Source: an uncultured bacterium (GTDB taxonomy: Bacteria; Patescibacteriota; Minisyncoccia; Phycocordibacterales; UBA5272). Taken from it: DNA of 64,000 bases. Positions 55,783 through 64,000 of the stretch are shown here, piece after piece. The DNA lies in NCBI GenBank assembly GCA_903875555.1, contig CAIQWN010000045.1, positions 1,535 to 65,534 of the forward strand. Direction: 5' to 3'. Position 1 is the first letter of the stretch, and the number at the start of each line of letters is the position of its first letter. The notes below the pieces were generated by a model, which saw only the letters and a program-made list of their open reading frames with translations, was not told the DNA's origin and did not search any database. Made by a program: the position numbers and the translations under genes.

Positions 55783-56502
55783 TTATTTTTTCTCTTTTTT
55801 AATTCTATCTTTAATATAAACATCTTGTAAAAAAGAAAGAATGTTGTTTGTTGTCCAATAAAGACCTAGCGCCGCTGGTAAAACGTATGATGAAACACCA
55901 ATTATCACAGGCAAAACGTAAAGCATTTGGACTCGCATTGATTTCATAAAATGATCTTGAAAATTTTCTTCCTTGTTTTCTTTTTTGTTCGCCACCATAC
56001 TAGACGTCTGTCTTCTTGCAAGTATATAAGCTGTTATGCCGGTAGAGATCGCAATAAAAATATTCTTCTTTGTAACATCAAGAATACCGAAAGCTTGTGT
56101 GTGTAATATTTCTGGAAAAGAAACAAAAGAATAAATTGAACTACCGTCGAACTTCATTCCTTTTGAAAAAACAAAGTATAGGGCGATAAACACTGGTATT
56201 TGTATAAGCATAGCAATAAGCGATGACAGTGGATTTATTTTTTCTCTTTTATAAACCTCCACTAGTTTGCGAGAAAGTTCTTGCGGTTTGTCTTTGTGGT
56301 TATCCCTAATTACTTTTATTTCATCTTCAACAGCCTTCATCAAATGTTGTGTTCTTGTTGCTTTTAAATTAATAGGCAAAAGAATTGTTTTTACTGTGAC
56401 AGTAACCAAAACAATAGACGCCCCTATATCATGGAGGGGAACGATCTGTAAAAACAAAACTAATAGATTATAAACTGGTTCGTAAAAAATTATATGAAAC
56501 AT
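55783..56502 (-). CDS. yidC: membrane protein insertase YidC (short Gram-positive type)
   Basis: 239 aa, 5 TM helices with a conserved C-terminal region. Confidence 0.85.
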   Translation of the reverse strand: MFHIIFYEPVYNLLVLFLQIVPLHDIGASIVLVTVTVKTILLPINLKATRTQHLMKAVEDEIKVIRDNHKDKPQELSRKLVEVYKREKINPLSSLIAMLIQIPVFIALYFVFSKGMKFDGSSIYSFVSFPEILHTQAFGILDVTKKNIFIAISTGITAYILARRQTSSMVANKKENKEENFQDHFMKSMRVQMLYVLPVIIGVSSYVLPAALGLYWTTNNILSFLQDVYIKDRIKKEKK

Positions 56503-56504
56503 GA

Positions 56505-56819
56505 TTATTGTATTTTAACAGACATTTCTAAAATGTTTAACTTTAATTTTTCATAAGGCAAATACAAAACCTCTTTTTTTGGGTAAAAAATTATAAAACA
56601 AGAGTCTTTTAATTTTATTTCTCTGAAAATATTAAATATTTTTCTTTTGATTTTGTTTCTGTCTACCGCTCTTTTTGATATTTTTTTAGAAACAACAACA
56701 GCACACTTTGTTTTTGAAGACAAAAGATAGCCAATATCTAAATATTGACCTCTTAAGATTTTTTTATTTGAGATTGCGGAAAAATCCTTTTTAGAGAGCC
56801 TTTCCGATTTTTTTAACAT
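56505..56819 (-). CDS. rnpA: ribonuclease P protein component
   Basis: 104 aa, basic, RLSKKDF...; its position between rpmH and yidC is canonical. Confidence 0.8.
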   Translation of the reverse strand: MLKKSERLSKKDFSAISNKKILRGQYLDIGYLLSSKTKCAVVVSKKISKRAVDRNKIKRKIFNIFREIKLKDSCFIIFYPKKEVLYLPYEKLKLNILEMSVKIQ

Positions 56820-56822
56820 AAA

Positions 56823-56957
56823 TTAAACAGATAATTTCTTGCGACCAACAGCTCTACGACGAGCAAGCACCTTTCTTCCTCCTGAAGTTTTAGTACGAGC
56901 CAAAAATCCGTGGGTTGTAAATCTCTTCTTTCTTTTTGGTTGATATGTTTGTGACAT
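56823..56957 (-). CDS. rpmH: 50S ribosomal protein L34
   Basis: Manual translation gives [44 protein letters not shown] (44 aa), which is below the ORF-track size cutoff. Confidence 0.85.
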   Translation of the reverse strand: MSQTYQPKRKKRFTTHGFLARTKTSGGRKVLARRRAVGRKKLSV

Positions 56958-57087
56958 AACGAGTATTCTATATTAAAACCAAACATAAATCAAATCATGT
57001 GTTTTTGTCTTTAACACAAGTCAATTTGCTTAACATGTTGTCTAGTTGATTGCTTTTTTGAGAAGTGTATACTTAAAAACAATTACT

Positions 57088-58428
57088 ATGGATTATCAAC
57101 AGTTATGGAACAGTGCTTTATCTCAAGTAGAACTTGAACTATCTAGAGTTAATTTTAATACTTGGTTTAAGAACACACGTATAGTTGACTATAAAGACGG
57201 TGAAGTGATTATTGGTGTTCCGAATGAATTCGTAAAGGATTGGCTTACTCAAAAATATCATAAATTTATTTTACGCATTCTTCGTTCTATACACGAAAGT
57301 GTGCGCTCTGTTTCCTTTTCTGTTGTTAAACCCGAATCCCTACAAAAAAAAGCTCAGAGTATACAAATTTCTGGAAACAACACACTTCCTCTTAACGATC
57401 TCTATGTAAATAAGGACGACGGACTTAATCCTAGGTATAATTTTGATAATTTTGTTGTTGGTTCTTTTAATGATATTGCTTTTGCTACCTCTCAGGCGGT
57501 AATAAACAATCTTGGGGTTTTATATAATCCTTTTTTTGTGTACGGAAACACAGGGCTCGGAAAAACACACATGATGCAAGCGATTGGAAATACAATCAAA
57601 AAAAACCATCCTGAGAAAAAAATCTTTTTTACTTCTTTGGAAAAATTTTATATGGATCTTGTTAATTCAACAAACCTAAACAAAATAAACAGTTTTAAAG
57701 AAAAATACAGAAAATATGATGTTTTTATTTTAGACGACATACAGTTTATAACAGGTAAAGAAAAAACCCAGGACGAACTTTTCCATTTATTTAATTCTTT
57801 ATACGAAACAAATAAGCAGATTATATTTTCTTCTGACCGCCACCCTAATTTTATAACGGGACTAGAAGACAGACTTAAATCGAGATTCAGTCAGGGGATG
57901 ATTGTTGATGTGTCTTTACCTGATTTTGAATCACGGTTTGCAATAATTAAAACAAAAACCACTGAGTTTAAAGATAAAATCCCCCAAGAGGTGCTCGAAT
58001 ACGTTGCCGAAACAGTGCACGGAAACATAAGGGAACTTGAGGGTGTTATGAATCTCTTAATTAATTATATAAACATAAAAAAACAGGCAATTTCTTTAAA
58101 CGATGCTAAAGTTTTATTAAAAAATAGCATTCGTTCTCGAAAAAATGTTTCTGTTCCAGAAATAGTAAAAGTTATTTGTGATTATTATAATATTTCTGAT
58201 TCTTTTATCTATAATAAAACAAGAAGGAAAGATGTTGTTAAGCCTCGCCAAATAATTATGTATATACTTAGAGAGGTTTTTGATATTTCTTACCCTGTTA
58301 TAGGGGAAAGACTTGGTGGAAGAGATCACACAACAGTAATCCATTCCTATGAAAAAATTAAGACGAATATTAAAACAAATCCTGAATTAAATAAGGAAAT
58401 TGAAGATATTAAAAACCTTATAAACTAG
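57088..58428 (+). CDS. dnaA: chromosomal replication initiator DnaA
   Basis: Walker A GNTGLGKTH, AAA+ and C-terminal DNA-binding domain. The first ATG is at 57088; the ORF-track 57046 start is a TTG. Confidence 0.9.
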   Translation: MDYQQLWNSALSQVELELSRVNFNTWFKNTRIVDYKDGEVIIGVPNEFVKDWLTQKYHKFILRILRSIHESVRSVSFSVVKPESLQKKAQSIQISGNNTLPLNDLYVNKDDGLNPRYNFDNFVVGSFNDIAFATSQAVINNLGVLYNPFFVYGNTGLGKTHMMQAIGNTIKKNHPEKKIFFTSLEKFYMDLVNSTNLNKINSFKEKYRKYDVFILDDIQFITGKEKTQDELFHLFNSLYETNKQIIFSSDRHPNFITGLEDRLKSRFSQGMIVDVSLPDFESRFAIIKTKTTEFKDKIPQEVLEYVAETVHGNIRELEGVMNLLINYINIKKQAISLNDAKVLLKNSIRSRKNVSVPEIVKVICDYYNISDSFIYNKTRRKDVVKPRQIIMYILREVFDISYPVIGERLGGRDHTTVIHSYEKIKTNIKTNPELNKEIEDIKNLIN

Positions 58429-58651
58429 GGCTGTTAATAAACCTGTTAATAAGATAATAATATCTTATTAACAACCCCTCTCTTATTATAAAAATTTTTT
58501 AATTTTTATAATATATTAACAAATTAAAAAAGCTTGTTATTTTTATTTTAAAATTAAAACCTTATATTTCCTTTGTTTTGTTAGGGTTTTTAATATATAC
58601 ACATAATTAACATCACTATACTTATTATTATCTTTTATATATACTATTACT
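58429..58651. other. candidate oriC/DUE: AT-rich dnaA-dnaN intergenic region with repeated TGTTAATAA motifs and a 13-bp perfect inverted repeat
   Basis: tgttaataa x2 direct (58432, 58444) plus inverted ttattaaca (58465); IR tgttaataagata-ataa-tatcttattaaca at 58444-58473; then about 150 bp of nearly pure A/T. Confidence 0.4.
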
Positions 58652-59743
58652 ATGAAATTCGAATGTAAAAGTAGAAACCTGATTAATACCATTAATCAAA
58701 TAAGTAGAGCTCGTAGTAAAAGTTTATCCCAAGAATATCTTCAAGATATATATCTACAACTAGAAGAACACCAACTAACTTTAAGGGCCACTAACTTAGA
58801 AATTTTTTGTGAAAAAAGTATTTCTGTTAAAGGAATACAAAACGGAAAATGTGTTTTAAAAGGAGAGACTTTAATAAAAATAACAAACTTTTTACAAAAA
58901 GAAGAAATTAATTTAATTTGCGAATTAAATGAAAACATTTTTATAATAAAAAGTGAAAAAGAAAATATAGAAATAAAAACAATACCTTTTGAAGATTTTC
59001 CAGCCTTACCACAACAAGGGGAGAGTGTTGGCGAAATAAAAACTGAGAATTTAATATCTTTAATTAAAAGTGTTTCGTTTTGTTGTGCAACAACAGAAAT
59101 AAAACCAGAAATCTCATCAGTTTTTATTTATTCAAAAGAAGACAATCTTTATTCTGTTGCAACAGACTCATATCGATTAGCGGAAAAACACATAAACAAT
59201 GAATCAAAATTAAATATTTCTATTTTAATTCCTCAAAAAAACATAAGCGAAATAGTTTCTATTTTATCAGAAGAAGAGGGTGTTATTAATATTTATAAAA
59301 ACGAAGGACTATTAACATTAAATATTAACAGTTTAACTTTATGTATAAATATAATATTAGGACAATTCCCAGACTACAAACAACTTTTTCCAAAAGAATA
59401 TACAACAACTTGTTATTTAAACAAAAACGAATTACAAAAAGCTTTAACATTAACAACTTGTTTTACAGAACAATACTCACAAGTTAAATTTTTAATAGAA
59501 GATGAAAAACTAACACTACATAGTAAAAATGAACAAATAGGACAAGTGACAAATATTGTAGACATTAAAAAAGAAGGGGAAAATATAGAAGTAAACTATA
59601 ACAATAAATATTTTTTAGAAGTAATACCACACCTAGCAAAAGAAAAAATAAAACTATCTTTTACAACAGCACAAAAACCTGTGTTTTTACAAAGTGAAAG
59701 CGATATAAGTTTCGTTTATTTACTTATGCCACTAAACAGATAA
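58652..59743 (+). CDS. dnaN: DNA polymerase III beta sliding clamp
   Basis: 363 aa with a three-domain beta-clamp layout, directly downstream of dnaA. Confidence 0.9.
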   Translation: MKFECKSRNLINTINQISRARSKSLSQEYLQDIYLQLEEHQLTLRATNLEIFCEKSISVKGIQNGKCVLKGETLIKITNFLQKEEINLICELNENIFIIKSEKENIEIKTIPFEDFPALPQQGESVGEIKTENLISLIKSVSFCCATTEIKPEISSVFIYSKEDNLYSVATDSYRLAEKHINNESKLNISILIPQKNISEIVSILSEEEGVINIYKNEGLLTLNINSLTLCINIILGQFPDYKQLFPKEYTTTCYLNKNELQKALTLTTCFTEQYSQVKFLIEDEKLTLHSKNEQIGQVTNIVDIKKEGENIEVNYNNKYFLEVIPHLAKEKIKLSFTTAQKPVFLQSESDISFVYLLMPLNR

Positions 59744-59746
59744 AAT

Positions 59747-59977
59747 ATGGACAACTCACTTTTTAAAAAACATCTAAAAATTTTTAATGAAAGAGATAAA
59801 GATAAAAACACAATAATAGAACATATTAAAAACAAAACAAAAATTGTTTTAAATGAAAACGAGATAAAAATAGAAAAAAAGAAGGTGTCTTTAAATATTT
59901 CTTCAATTAAAAAAGCAGAGCTATATAAACACAAACTAGAAGAAAGACTAGAAGAAATTGGTTTTTATTATAAATAA
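59747..59977 (+). CDS. hypothetical small protein
   Basis: 76 aa, K/E-rich. Confidence 0.3.
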   Translation: MDNSLFKKHLKIFNERDKDKNTIIEHIKNKTKIVLNENEIKIEKKKVSLNISSIKKAELYKHKLEERLEEIGFYYK

Positions 59978-59978
59978 T

Positions 59979-62138
59979 TTAATCAGACAAAGATGTTTTT
60001 GTTTGTGGAGAGTGAGAACATCCACCGTTTTTGTTTAACCAGTCTTGTATAGACGTTTCCCAAGATTTGTACTGGGGGTCAGAGTCAGGGTTAGAAGGGG
60101 TCGGTCCTTGTACGTTGTCTTTGTCTACATATTTTAATATTGAATGAGCTCCGTCATCAGCACACCACACACCCCTCAAAATTGGTTTATTAGAGGTGTT
60201 TGGTAGTGGATCAGGAAAGTATTCTACTGGTTGATCTTTTAAAACAACAAGCATAGCTTTTTTCCAAACGGGCGAGAGTACTGTTCCGGCGGTTTTTTTA
60301 TTAAGAGGGGTGTTGTTGTTGTTTCCTGCCCACATGCCTAACACCGCCGACGGAGTATATCCAAGAACCCAAACATCTTTATAGTCGTTCGTTGTTCCTG
60401 TTTTTGATGCAACAGGCCTGTCTTTAAAAAAGAGAGGAGAGTTTACACCGTACACAGGAGCTTTTGCTTGGTTATCAGAAAGAACAGACGACACCAAAGA
60501 AGAAACCGTTTCAGGGAGCACATTTTTTTGGTCCTGTGTATATTTTTCAAGTAAATCTCCATTATGATCTCTGACCTCAAGTATCCCAACAGGTTTGTTG
60601 TAGTTTCCGTTATTTGCTAACACACCATAGGCATTAGTTAGTTCAAGCAAGGACACTTCTCCGCCACCAAGAACCAAAGGAAGTCCGTAGTGATCGGGGT
60701 CGTTTATTGTAGATAGTCCCATTTTTTGTGCAAGACCAACAACATTTTTTATTCCAGTCAGATAAAGTAATTTTACTGCAGGAACGTTAAGTGATTGTGC
60801 AAGAGCATTACGTAAAGACACCGGACCCCTGAATTTATCATCGTAGTTTCCTGGCATATAACAAACAGAAGTGTCTGTTCCAACAAAAGGTTTCCCGTAT
60901 GCATCACACCTTAAATCAAATTGTGTTTCTGAATCAAACAAAACAGTTTCTGGGGTAAAGCCTTTTTCAAAAGCAGCAGCATACACAACAGGTTTTATGG
61001 CGGATCCAGGCTGTCTTAAGGCTGTGGTTATATTATATTGCCCTGGTATTTTTGTATCAAAAAAATCCCTTGATCCAACCATAGAAAGTATTTGTCCTGT
61101 TTTTGGATCTATTACAACAAGCCCAGCGTTGGTTGCACCATATTTTTCCTCACTTTCTTTTGCGTTGCTTTTAATGATTTCCTCTAATTGTTTTTGAAGA
61201 TCAAAATTAAGAGTGGTTATTACTTTAAGTCCACCGTTTCGAACAACATCATCACCATATTTTTCTACTAAATATTCTTTTATATACATAACAAAATGTA
61301 AAGCCTTTCCACTGTTCGTTTCATCTCTTTCAAAATCTATTTGTTCGTTTTGGGAAGATTTTTTCACTGATTCAGATATATATCCAAGTTCAAACATTTT
61401 TTCTAACACTAGATTTTTTCTTTTTTCTAGTTCATCTCTATGTTTTCCGAAAGGAGAGAAGTATGTAGGTGATTGTGGCAGAGAAGCAAGATAGGCTGCT
61501 TCTGTTAGGCTCACATCTTTTGCCCTCTTATTAAAGTATGTGAGAGAAGCTTCTTCCACACCATAAATTGTTCCTCCGTAAGGGCTTTCGTTTAAATAAA
61601 TTTGAAGTATTGTTTTTTTGTCTAATGTTTTATCAAGTTTTATAGCAAGAAGAATTTCTTTTATTTTTCTAGAGATTGTTTTTTCACGAGTAAGTAGAGC
61701 GTTTTTAATAACCTGTTGATCAATTGTTGAACCACCTTGAGAGAAACCACCCTGTTGAATGTTTGCAAACAGTGCTCTTACGAAAGAGGTTGGACGAAAA
61801 CCATTGTGTTCGTAGAAATGAGAGTCCTCAATAGAAATGGTTGCTTCTTGTATATATGGGTTAATTTGGTCTATGCTAATAGAGGTTCTTTTTATGTTGT
61901 CGTTTAAGCTGTACAGAACAACATTTCCGGTACTGTCGTATATTTTTGTTGAATTAGAAATATTTCTATTTTCAAAATTATTAAAATCAGGTAAATCTAA
62001 ACTAGACAACCACACAGCAAGAGCCGTTACAAAAAGAACCGCCAAAGAAAAAGAAACCAAAATAAGCTCCCTAAGAGCTTTTTTTCTAAAGTTTCTTTTT
62101 TTAATATGTTCAGTCATTTTTATAATATAACACAACAC
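59979..62138 (-). CDS. class A penicillin-binding protein (glycosyltransferase GT51 plus transpeptidase)
   Basis: GT51 motifs EDSHFYEHNGF and GGSTIDQQ; transpeptidase motifs S..K (SAIKP), SLN and KTG. Confidence 0.85.
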   Translation of the reverse strand: MLCYIIKMTEHIKKRNFRKKALRELILVSFSLAVLFVTALAVWLSSLDLPDFNNFENRNISNSTKIYDSTGNVVLYSLNDNIKRTSISIDQINPYIQEATISIEDSHFYEHNGFRPTSFVRALFANIQQGGFSQGGSTIDQQVIKNALLTREKTISRKIKEILLAIKLDKTLDKKTILQIYLNESPYGGTIYGVEEASLTYFNKRAKDVSLTEAAYLASLPQSPTYFSPFGKHRDELEKRKNLVLEKMFELGYISESVKKSSQNEQIDFERDETNSGKALHFVMYIKEYLVEKYGDDVVRNGGLKVITTLNFDLQKQLEEIIKSNAKESEEKYGATNAGLVVIDPKTGQILSMVGSRDFFDTKIPGQYNITTALRQPGSAIKPVVYAAAFEKGFTPETVLFDSETQFDLRCDAYGKPFVGTDTSVCYMPGNYDDKFRGPVSLRNALAQSLNVPAVKLLYLTGIKNVVGLAQKMGLSTINDPDHYGLPLVLGGGEVSLLELTNAYGVLANNGNYNKPVGILEVRDHNGDLLEKYTQDQKNVLPETVSSLVSSVLSDNQAKAPVYGVNSPLFFKDRPVASKTGTTNDYKDVWVLGYTPSAVLGMWAGNNNNTPLNKKTAGTVLSPVWKKAMLVVLKDQPVEYFPDPLPNTSNKPILRGVWCADDGAHSILKYVDKDNVQGPTPSNPDSDPQYKSWETSIQDWLNKNGGCSHSPQTKTSLSD

Positions 62139-62174
62139 TTAATTAAAACATCTGTATATGTTAGTATAATATTT

Positions 62175-63368
62175 ATGGACAAAGTAATAACCGACGAAAA
62201 CAAAATAGACGAAATACTTTCACGAGGAGTGGAAGACATTATAGTTAAAGAAGAATTAAAAAAAGAACTAATGTCCGGTAAGGTTTTACGTATTAAACTA
62301 GGAATAGATCCAACAGGACCGAAAATTCATTTAGGTAGAGCCATACCAATTCGTAAACTTCGCGAGTTTCAAAAACTAGGACACCAAATAGTTTTTATTG
62401 TTGGAGATTTTACAGCACAAATAGGAGACGCTTCTGATAAAACAGAGAAACGCCCAATGCTTACACGTGCCACCATTGATGAAAACATTAAAGACTATAA
62501 AAATCAAATAGGAAAGATTATAGATGTTTCAAAAACAGAGTTTGTTTACAACAATGACTGGCTCGCCAAACTTACTTTTGCTGATGTTGTAAAAATGTCA
62601 GACTGTTTTTCTGTACAACAAATGCTTTCTCGTCGTAATTTTAAAGATCGCCATGAGGCAGGAACAGAAATATCTTTGCGTGAGTTTTTGTATCCAATGA
62701 TGCAAGGATATGATTCTGTTGAAGTAAAAGCAGATATAGAGATAGGGGGTTTTGATCAGTTGTTTAATTTAAAAGCAGGGAGAATAATGCAAGAGTTTTT
62801 TGGTCAACAAAAACAAAACATTATAACTTTCTCCATGCTTGAAGGAACAGACGGAAGAAAAATGTCTACGTCTTGGGGAAATGTAATAACAATAGTGGAT
62901 GAGCCTTATGATATGTTTGGAAAAATAATGTCGGTTAGAGACGATTTAATAATTAAATATATGAGTTTGTGTACGGATATAACACAAGAAGAAATAGAAG
63001 ACACTGAAAAGAAAATGAAAGAAGGGGCAAACCCAATGGAGTTTAAAATGAGACTTGGTTCGGAATTGGTTCGTATGTATCACAGTGAACAAGATGCCAC
63101 TTTTGCAAAAAATGAATGGACAAAAACTTTTCAAAAAGGAGGGGTCCCAGATGACGTAAAAGAAATAAAAACAAAAGAAAAAGAAGAAATGGGGAGCGTT
63201 TTAGTAGAAAATAAAATTGTATCTTCAAAAACAGACTGGCGTCGTTTAGTTGAAGATGGAAGTATTAGTGACAAAGATGGAAAAAAAATAACAGAAATAA
63301 AACAAAAAGTTTACTCAAACACATTTAAAATAGGAAAAAGACGCTTTGTAAAAATAATAGTTGAATAA
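62175..63368 (+). CDS. tyrS: tyrosyl-tRNA synthetase
   Basis: GIDPTGPKIHLGRAIPIRKLREFQKLGHQIVFIVGDFTAQIGD matches the TyrRS HIGH region; KMSTS motif. The first ATG at 62175 avoids overlap with the PBP start. Confidence 0.75.
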   Translation: MDKVITDENKIDEILSRGVEDIIVKEELKKELMSGKVLRIKLGIDPTGPKIHLGRAIPIRKLREFQKLGHQIVFIVGDFTAQIGDASDKTEKRPMLTRATIDENIKDYKNQIGKIIDVSKTEFVYNNDWLAKLTFADVVKMSDCFSVQQMLSRRNFKDRHEAGTEISLREFLYPMMQGYDSVEVKADIEIGGFDQLFNLKAGRIMQEFFGQQKQNIITFSMLEGTDGRKMSTSWGNVITIVDEPYDMFGKIMSVRDDLIIKYMSLCTDITQEEIEDTEKKMKEGANPMEFKMRLGSELVRMYHSEQDATFAKNEWTKTFQKGGVPDDVKEIKTKEKEEMGSVLVENKIVSSKTDWRRLVEDGSISDKDGKKITEIKQKVYSNTFKIGKRRFVKIIVE

Positions 63369-63372
63369 ATAA

Positions 63373-63400
63373 TAAATCTGCCCAACGGCAGATTTATTGT
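63373..63400. terminator. bidirectional intrinsic terminator
   Basis: ataaatctgcc-caac-ggcagatttat. Confidence 0.55.
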
Positions 63401-63410
63401 TTATTACACA

Positions 63411-63599
63411 TTACCAATACTTTTCATCGTTGGCGTGAAAAGCAATGTCTATTTCATCGTCATCATCATTAAAAGAAGTGGTTACAATAATATCATCTTC
63501 TTCTGTTAAAACAACCTCATCACCAAGAACCTCTTCTATTACGTCTAGGTTTATTTCTGTTGAAATTCCTTTTGTTTGTGATTCATCTTCGTCTTGCAT
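63411..63599 (-). CDS. hypothetical small acidic protein
   Basis: 62 aa, about 45% Asp/Glu. Confidence 0.3.
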   Translation of the reverse strand: MQDEDESQTKGISTEINLDVIEEVLGDEVVLTEEDDIIVTTSFNDDDDEIDIAFHANDEKYW

Positions 63600-63650
63600 A
63601 TTTTATTTAAGAAAGATTATCATCTTCTTTTGTTTTATGCAAGTGGTTTT

Positions 63651-64000
63651 TTATAGACTATTTTTAACTGTGGCACTGTGCGTTAGTGCAACGGCAATAG
63701 CATCGAATTCATCATCAATAATTTTTACAGCACTATTTATTTTTAATATGCGAGAAACCATTAAAGAAACAGCTTCTTTGTTAGATTTTCCATAGCCGGT
63801 AACCGCTAGTTTTATTTGTGGTGGAGAATATTCAAATATCTTTAGGTTATGTTTTTTGGCCACATATATACAAACGCCTCTAGATTCAGAAACATGCATA
63901 ACGGTCATTTGATTGTTTGTTATAAATAATTTTTCTATAGAGAGATGGTCTGGTTTGTGTTTTAAAATAATTTTTTCTAAATCTGTTCCTATTTGAAAAA
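63651..64000 (-). CDS. ruvC: crossover junction endodeoxyribonuclease RuvC, C-terminal ~115 aa (N-terminus beyond window end)
   Basis: ...FEYSPPQIKLAVTGYGKSNKEAVSLMV...DAIAVALTH is the RuvC C-terminal signature. The frame stays open upstream to position 64000. Confidence 0.75.
   Translation of the reverse strand, partial: FQIGTDLEKIILKHKPDHLSIEKLFITNNQMTVMHVSESRGVCIYVAKKHNLKIFEYSPPQIKLAVTGYGKSNKEAVSLMVSRILKINSAVKIIDDEFDAIAVALTHSATVKNSL

Noticed and set aside
62106-62174. Upstream extension of tyrS overlapping the PBP gene start
   Set aside because: The first ATG at 62175 gives a normal TyrRS N-terminus; the upstream part (MFSHFYNITQHLIKTSVYVSIIF) is AT-rich filler.

Overview
This 64-kb window is very AT-rich (about 30% GC by eye), gene-dense and lacks strong Shine-Dalgarno sites. 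It looks like a reduced-genome bacterium of the Patescibacteria/CPR type; that placement is an inference from composition and gene content. It spans the chromosomal replication-origin neighbourhood, with rpmH-rnpA-yidC diverging from dnaA-dnaN and an AT-rich palindrome-bearing oriC candidate between dnaA and dnaN. It also carries many housekeeping genes: glyQS (partial), rpsL, bL28, rnhA, recJ, cca, hup, rny, clpP, rsmE, tig, ppa, nusA, tpiA, pgk, xth, xerC/D-like, rpsO, comM, a UvrD/PcrA helicase, ksgA, PBP1A, tyrS and ruvC (partial), plus a four-gene tRNA cluster (Arg, Gly, Pro, Gly). The main accessory region is a ~14-kb Gram-positive-type type IV secretion-like locus (41487-55779). It holds a VirB4/TraE ATPase split into two ORFs, a VirB6/TrbL-like polytopic membrane protein, a PrgI/VirB3-like protein, a pilin-topology protein with a Cys/His-rich tail, and several large secreted Cys-rich proteins. 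A small GIY-YIG nuclease gene bracketed by palindromic repeats sits inside it, and no coupling protein or relaxase is visible. Other signals: a dispersed REP/MITE-like palindromic repeat family (5 copies) whose stem covaries; a second composite repeat (2 copies) caught with one palindromic element inserted into it; a ComEC gene interrupted by two inserted genes; a frameshifted Cys-rich gene with an internal repeat across the frameshift; two paralogous small proteins of an unrecognised family; a histidine-kinase remnant; 18-bp inverted repeats flanking a membrane-protein cassette; a perfect palindromic operator candidate upstream of clpP; and DnaA-box clusters far from dnaA. No CRISPR array, rRNA or transposase was seen.
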